Shown here piece after piece: positions 18,151 to 24,000 of a stretch of 24,000 nt of DNA. How positions within the stretch are numbered: the stretch's first letter is position 1; the number at the start of each line of letters is the position of its first letter. The translations under genes and the position numbers were made by a program. Where the stretch lies: the NCBI RefSeq assembly GCF_900604535.1, contig NZ_UWOT01000003.1:186216-210215 (forward strand). The letters run 5' to 3'. Under the pieces are notes generated by a model, which saw only the letters and a list, made by a program, of their open reading frames with translations, ran no database searches and had not been told where the DNA came from. The DNA is from Romboutsia sp. Marseille-P6047 (GTDB lineage: Bacteria > Bacillota > Clostridia > Peptostreptococcales > Peptostreptococcaceae).

Positions 18151-19119
18151 ATGAAAAAAGTAATAAGTATAGGAGAAGCTTTAATTGATTTTATACCTAA
18201 TCAAAAAAGTTGTGAACTAAAGGATGTAATAGGTTTTGAAAGAGTAGCGGGAGGAGCGCCTGCTAATGTTAGTGCTGTAGTATCAAAACTTGGTGGAAAA
18301 TCAAATTTCATATCAAAGCTAGGTAGGGATGCTTTTGGAGATCATATAATAGAGGTTTTAAAAGAGGCTAATGTAAATACAGATTATGTATTAAGAACAG
18401 ATAAAGCTAATACAGGATTAGCTTTTGTTTCTTTAAAAGAAGATGGAAATCGTGATTTTTCATTCTATAGAAATCCAAGTGCAGATATGTTACTAGAAGA
18501 AAACGAAGTAAAAAAGGAATGGTTTAAAGATTGTCATAGCTTACATTTTTGTTCAGTAGATTTAATAGAGTGTCCAATGAAGTATGCACATAAAAAAGCT
18601 ATAGAATTTGCACTAGAAAATAAAAGTATAATAAGCTTTGATCCAAATGTAAGGTTACCTCTATGGGATAGCGAAGAGTCATGTAGAGATGCAATAATAG
18701 AGTTTTTACATTTAGCTCATATAGTTAAAATATCTGATGAAGAATTAGAATTTATAACGGGGTATGATACTATGGATGAGGCTAAAGAAGTATTGTTTAA
18801 AGGTAATGTGAAGCTAGTTTTATTTACAAAAGGAAAAGGTGGAGCTGAGGCATATACTAAGGATAAAATTGTTAAAATACCTGGGAATGTTGTGGATGTA
18901 GTTGATACAACAGGAGCAGGGGATTCATTTATTGGTTCATTTTTATTTAAACTATTACAAGATGATATAAATATGGAAAGATTTGATAGTATTAGTGCTG
19001 AAATGTTAAAAGAATACTTAGTATTTTCAAATTGTTATGCCGCCTACAGTACAACTAAAAAAGGTGCGATTGGATCATATGCTACATTAGATGAGATAAT
19101 AAAGTATATGAATCAATAA
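18151..19119 (+). CDS. scrK: Carbohydrate kinase, PfkB family (probable fructokinase)
   Basis: SIGEALIDFIP, GGAPANVSAVVSKLGG, DTTGAGDSFIGSFL motifs. The ATG at 18151 has RBS AAGGTGG. Confidence 0.87.
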   Translation: MKKVISIGEALIDFIPNQKSCELKDVIGFERVAGGAPANVSAVVSKLGGKSNFISKLGRDAFGDHIIEVLKEANVNTDYVLRTDKANTGLAFVSLKEDGNRDFSFYRNPSADMLLEENEVKKEWFKDCHSLHFCSVDLIECPMKYAHKKAIEFALENKSIISFDPNVRLPLWDSEESCRDAIIEFLHLAHIVKISDEELEFITGYDTMDEAKEVLFKGNVKLVLFTKGKGGAEAYTKDKIVKIPGNVVDVVDTTGAGDSFIGSFLFKLLQDDINMERFDSISAEMLKEYLVFSNCYAAYSTTKKGAIGSYATLDEIIKYMNQ

Positions 19120-19159
19120 ATTAGTATATAAGTATGAATCTAGGGTATTACTCCTATGA

Positions 19160-19186
19160 TTCATCTTCACCATTAAAATCCACGAA
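19160..19186 (+). other. ssrA 3'-end-like fragment, candidate attachment-site copy C
   Basis: ttcatcttcaccattaaaatccacgaa. The segment caccattaaaatccacgaa is identical to copy A. Confidence 0.5.
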
Positions 19187-19217
19187 TACCTATATCCTTT
19201 TGGATATAGGTATTTTT
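19185..19217 (+). terminator. Terminator directly after copy C
   Basis: 13-bp perfect stem aatacctatatcc/ggatataggtatt followed by a T run. Confidence 0.9.
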
Positions 19218-19329
19218 ATATTTTAAATATAAATACTATTGATAAAACTATCAAAAAAGTATTTACTTAAAGTATAAGAATTCACATAAAAATTACAAAA
19301 ATACAATAAAAGTGTTTCAAGGAGGGGTT

Positions 19330-20042
19330 ATGGTTAGGATAGCAATTTGTGAAGATGAAAAAGAAACACAAATATTATTAGAAAGTAATCTTAATAATAT
19401 ATTAAAACATACAAATAAAGAATATGAAATAAAAAAATATAGCTCTGGAGAAGAACTACTAGAAAGTGAATTAAATCATATAGATATATTACTTCTCGAT
19501 ATACAAATGGGACAAATAAATGGTATGGATACTGCAAGAAAAATAAGAGAAATAGATGATAACATGGAAATCATATTTATAACTTCATTGATAGATTATG
19601 TTCAAGAAGGATACGAAGTAAGAGCGTATAGATATCTATTAAAACCCATAGAATTAGAAGAATTAAAAAAACATATATTAACATGTATCAGAGAAATTGA
19701 AAAAACAAAAATCAGTATATTTTAATAAAGAATAAATCTAACACATATAAGATTTATTCTAATGAAATAACTTATATAGAAGTTCAAAAAAAGGATATGC
19801 TAATACATACAATAAATAAAGATTTTAATGCTAGATATAGTTTAGAAAAAATAGAAAAAGATTTAAATGTAGAAGAATTTGTAAGATGTCATAAGAGTTT
19901 TATAATTAACTTAAATCATGTAGAGAATATAAAGTCAAATGTTGCAATACTAGATAGTGGTGAAGAAGTACCTATTAGTAGATACAGACATAAAGATATA
20001 AAGGAAAAATTCTTGAAATTTATTGGTGATAGAATATGCTAA
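19330..20042 (+). pseudogene. LytTR-family response regulator (AgrA/ComE/BlpR type), frameshifted between receiver and LytTR domains
   Basis: Receiver domain ICEDEKETQ...IDILLLDIQMGQINGMD...ITSLIDYVQEGYEVRAYRYLLKPI. Stop at 19723-19725. The other frame, read from 19722, gives LIKNKSNTYKIYSNEITYIEVQKKD...LEKIEKDLNVEEFVRCHKSFIINLNHVENI. Confidence 0.85.
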
Positions 20043-21414
20043 ATCCTATAAATGACATGTTACTAATATTATCAATATTTATACCAATGATTATACTAGA
20101 AAGTATATTAACTTATAATAAAGATACAGATAGGTCTAAAAAGATTTCTTTTTTTATTTTATTATTATTAAACTATATTATAGTAAAATAATAATATTAT
20201 TTAGTGTAGGTAAATTTTATGAATATAATATTATTTATATCTTAACTTTTATTATTTGGGGAGCATATTATAATTATTTTTATACACTAGGAATTATTAA
20301 ATATATAGTTTCATTTTTTTTATTTGATGTATATCACTCTTTGATAAGGGATATTATATCTAGAAGTTTATTTTTATAGTTACAGGTAATGTGATTTTGT
20401 CAAAAGAAGCTTTATTGATTTCTAATTATGATTATGCTAAAGTTGAGATATATACATACATAATAATAATATCTATCTATATGATAGCTTATTTGACATT
20501 TAGGCTTTTAAATAATAAATTACAATTATATGAAGATAATAAGATAAATTATATATATTTATCGATTGCTTTAATGGTAAATTTACTTACTATAGTTATA
20601 ATTTATATAAACAAGAAAATAGAGCGATTTGGTGGATATTCAGAACTATATGTAGTTGGGTATATTGTAACACCAAAGTTAATATTAGCAAGTAGTCTTT
20701 TATTATTGTGTTGTTTATAAAAATAATTAGAGAGAATAGAATACAATCTCAAAATGAAATAATAAAAAACAAATTAGATATGCAGTATTCTCATTATTTA
20801 AGTGTTCAGAAATCACATATGAAGGTTAAGAAGCTTTATCATGATATAAATAATCATATATATTGTATAGAAAATCTTAAAAATAATAATAGAGAAATTA
20901 ATGAATATGTAAATAGTTTGAAAAATGAGATCAAAGAATTTAAATCAATCTACAATACAGGCAATATTATACTAGATATTATAATAAATGAAAAAAGTGA
21001 TATATGTATAAAAAAGGGAATTAAATTTATTTGCGATATCAATTTTTCAAAGGTTAATTTTATAAAACCAATAGATGTATCTAGTATATTTGCTAATATT
21101 TTAGATAATGCGATAGAAGCTTGTGATAAAATACATGATGAAAATATTAATAGATATATTAGAATAAAAGGAACTATTTCAAAATGTTACTTTGTACTAA
21201 AATGTGAAAATAGCAAAGTTAATAGTTTGAAGTTTAATAAGAATATTCTATTGACAGAAAAAAAGACAAGTTCATACATGGAATAGGAATTCAGAGTATT
21301 AAATCATCTATACAAAAGTATGATGGAGAATTATTATTTGAAGACGAAAAAAATAAATTTACAATAACTATATACATACCGCTTAATCAAAATACTGACA
21401 GTGGGGGCTTTTAA
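20036..21414 (+). pseudogene. AgrC-like GHKL sensor histidine kinase, at least four frameshifts
   Basis: N-terminal TM segments in three different frames, H-box YHDINNHIYCIENL, N-box FANILDNAIEAC, G-box HGIGIQSIKSSIQKYDG only readable after a shift at the A7 run 21258-21264. Confidence 0.8.
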
Positions 21415-21450
21415 CCTACCAGTTGGGGCATATATATTGATACTGAATAT

Positions 21451-21490
21451 AAGGGATGTTATCTTTTAATAGCAAAAGATAAGGTCCCTT
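21451..21490 (+). terminator. Hairpin downstream of the kinase remnant, possible terminator
   Basis: aagggatgttatctttt / aaaagataaggtccctt stem with 2 internal mismatches. Only a weak T tract follows. Confidence 0.4.
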
Positions 21491-21644
21491 TCTTAGTTTG
21501 TGATAGAAAGATCTAAACAATAAATGGAGGAATATTAGATGAAAAGTATTTAACAAGAATGAATAATCAAAGCGTGTAAAATATCTGTAAATCTACTTAA
21601 AAGATTAATTGGATAAATAATTTATAGTAAAATGGGAGGCTTGT

Positions 21645-24000
21645 ATGGGAATTTACTTAAAAATGTCACTAGCATATTTAAGGAGAAATAAACTTAGAAC
21701 GTCATTTTTAATACTTGGAGTTGTATTAGGTGTAGTACTTATATTTGGAACAAATGTTATAAAAGAGTCAAATAACAAAAATGATTTAGAAGCAATAGAC
21801 AAGCTTTATGGCGGACATCATGTAGAATTTAGTGATTTAAATAATGAAGGTGTAGAAAAATTAAAAAAGGATAAAGATGTATCAAAAATTACAACAGTTC
21901 AAAATTTAGGAAGTGTTGTAAATGATAAAGGAAATTATATATTACTAAGGTCAGCAAATGAAGATTATATCAAAGGTAAAGCGAATAAATTAACTGGTAG
22001 GCTTCCTAAAAATAATAATGAGATAGTTCTAGAAAAAAGGGCTTTAGAATCAATGGGAGAACCTTATAAGCTAAATTCTACTTTAAACCTTATAGTAAAA
22101 AAGGATTACAAAGATTCTGAAGGTAATAATCAAATTTATACACAAGATCAAGAATTTAAACTTGTGGGAATTATAGAAAAACCAGAAGGTTACTATGACG
22201 TTGTTTGGACATATGAAGGTTTTACTTATGGTAATTCAGAATTGGATAATATAATTCCAACAGAATTAGTTACATATAACAGTATATTAGATTTAAAAAC
22301 TGGGATAAAAAATCTTGATAGAAATGTTAAAAAAATTAGTGATAGAAATGACTTAGGAAGAACAAGTTTCTTACCAAATGTACCACTTGTACAGAAACTA
22401 GCAGATATTGAAATAGAAAGTGCTAAATCAAAAGAATCAATTCAATTAGAAGTATTAATTATAATTGCAGCAGTAATTTTTATATTTAATATGTTTAACA
22501 TAGCGCTAAATCAAACTATGAAAGAAATAGGACTTTTAAGGTTAATAGGCTCAAGCGAAAAGAAGGTTAGATTAATATTAATATATCGAGCTTTCATTAT
22601 TATGGTTATAGGCATAATTTTAGCGTTAATACTAGGAACTTTATATTCATATGTAGGAGTTAATACATATAATGTTGAGATATATAAAGAAGCCTCGATT
22701 GCTCCAAAACTATATATAAGTAATAGAAATATTGTAAAACCTATATTAGTAGGAATATTCTCAGTATCTATTCCTTGTATCATAGCAATGTGTAAGATTG
22801 GGAATATATCACCTATAGAAGCAATGAGTAACAATGAAAAAGTTAAAAGTTATAGTAAGGGATATAAATTAAATAAAGTTTTAAACAAAATATTTGGATT
22901 TTATGGATTTATGGGACTTAAAAATATTGGAAGAAATAAATCTAGGTCAATTATATCATTAATATCAATTGCACTTGGAGGATATATATTTATAACTAAT
23001 TTCTCAAGCATGCAAGATGAAGTAGGTGCTAAAATTGAGGACATGCAAAATAGATATGATGTAGTTATGCAGTTTAATGGAGCTGTCTCATATTTAGAAA
23101 GCTTAAAATACACAGATACTGATGTAGATAAAATAAAGTCTGTAGATGGGGTAAAAAGTGTAAATACAATAAATGTAGTTAGTGGATTCTTTGATTTCAA
23201 AAAGGATGAAATAAATGAAGAGTTTGCAAAGTATAACGGAATAGAAAATACAGAGCATAAAATGGACTTAAAAATATATGGAAATAATTATATAAATAAA
23301 GATTTAAAAAAATTTGTAGAGTACGGAAATCTAGACGATTTAGGAAAAGAAACTGATGGTTATCCCAATGTAGCAGTATACAATTATTTTTATGAAAGAG
23401 AAAAGGATTATACTTTGAAAAAGGTATTTAAAGATATAGAGGTAGGAGATATTTTAACAATAAAAGTTCCAGCCAAAGAAGACAATAAAACTGTATATAA
23501 AGAAAGTAAAGTAAGAGTATGCTCAACACTAACACCAGACTGGATGTCTATGGGAGATGGTCAATTTGGGAATAACTTTGAAATTGTAACTTCAAAGAAT
23601 CATTCAGAATCATTAATAGGAGAACAAAAATATACAAAGCTAGGTATAAATTTAGAAGACCCGTATGATGAAGTTGTAAATGAAAAGTTAGAAGAAATTT
23701 CAGATAGAATTCATTTATCTACTTTTAAAAGTAGAGTAGGATATGTAGAGTGGGCTAGTGAGTCAAGCCAAGAATATATAAAATCTAAGATATCACTTAT
23801 AGTATTAGTCTTAATAATAGCTGAAATTAATATTTTCTGTACAATAAGAACTAATTTGCTTGTTAGAAGAAAAGAAATATCAACACTTAGAGCCTTAGGT
23901 CTTAGTATTAAAAATATGAGAAAAATGATTATTTATGAAGCATTAGCCTATTCAATATTTAGTTTTATGATTGCTTTAATACCAGCTATAATAAACCTAA
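21645..24000 (+). CDS. ABC transporter permease, FtsX-like (3' end outside window)
   Basis: MGIYLKMSLAYLRRNKLRTSFLILGVVLGVVLIF start, IALNQTMKEIGLLRLIGSSEKKVR, LLVRRKEISTLRALGLSIKNMRKMI. Open through the end of the window. RBS GGGAGG. Confidence 0.88.
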   Translation, partial: MGIYLKMSLAYLRRNKLRTSFLILGVVLGVVLIFGTNVIKESNNKNDLEAIDKLYGGHHVEFSDLNNEGVEKLKKDKDVSKITTVQNLGSVVNDKGNYILLRSANEDYIKGKANKLTGRLPKNNNEIVLEKRALESMGEPYKLNSTLNLIVKKDYKDSEGNNQIYTQDQEFKLVGIIEKPEGYYDVVWTYEGFTYGNSELDNIIPTELVTYNSILDLKTGIKNLDRNVKKISDRNDLGRTSFLPNVPLVQKLADIEIESAKSKESIQLEVLIIIAAVIFIFNMFNIALNQTMKEIGLLRLIGSSEKKVRLILIYRAFIIMVIGIILALILGTLYSYVGVNTYNVEIYKEASIAPKLYISNRNIVKPILVGIFSVSIPCIIAMCKIGNISPIEAMSNNEKVKSYSKGYKLNKVLNKIFGFYGFMGLKNIGRNKSRSIISLISIALGGYIFITNFSSMQDEVGAKIEDMQNRYDVVMQFNGAVSYLESLKYTDTDVDKIKSVDGVKSVNTINVVSGFFDFKKDEINEEFAKYNGIENTEHKMDLKIYGNNYINKDLKKFVEYGNLDDLGKETDGYPNVAVYNYFYEREKDYTLKKVFKDIEVGDILTIKVPAKEDNKTVYKESKVRVCSTLTPDWMSMGDGQFGNNFEIVTSKNHSESLIGEQKYTKLGINLEDPYDEVVNEKLEEISDRIHLSTFKSRVGYVEWASESSQEYIKSKISLIVLVLIIAEINIFCTIRTNLLVRRKEISTLRALGLSIKNMRKMIIYEALAYSIFSFMIALIPAIINL

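Noticed and set aside
22511-23200. Minus-strand ORFs 22511-22834 and 22901-23200
   Set aside because: Mirror images of hydrophobic permease segments; no independent support.

Overview
AT-rich Firmicutes (clostridial-type) DNA with four blocks. (1) 1-6500: an accessory segment. It holds the tail of a Bax-inhibitor-1 family gene, an unusual sigma-like protein, a repeat-rich decayed stretch, and a zinc-ribbon protein. It also holds a tightly overlapping three-gene operon at about 3151-5716: an ImmA/IrrE metallopeptidase, a protein with a divergent class III nucleotidyl-cyclase-like domain fused to a degenerate Nudix domain, and a small membrane protein resembling Pycsar TM effectors (DUF5706-like). 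The last gene is split by one frameshift at about 5455-5464. This operon is the best candidate for an unusual or undescribed defence-type system. (2) 6545-12700: a glycerophosphodiesterase, a PHP phosphatase and a Ugp-like ABC importer. (3) 13085-19119: a sucrose/fructose PTS utilisation operon with a LacI regulator and a clear promoter/operator. (4) 19330-24000: a LytTR response regulator and an AgrC-like GHKL kinase broken by multiple frameshifts, then a large FtsX-like permease that runs off the window. Three related sequences of the form TCRTYTYCACCATTMAAANCCWCGAA, each followed directly by a different strong terminator, bracket the two metabolic blocks at about 6507, 12813 and 19160. They resemble 3' ends of tmRNA (ssrA), which suggests tandem accretion of islands at an ssrA attachment site. 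All family calls come from motif recognition only; no database search was run.
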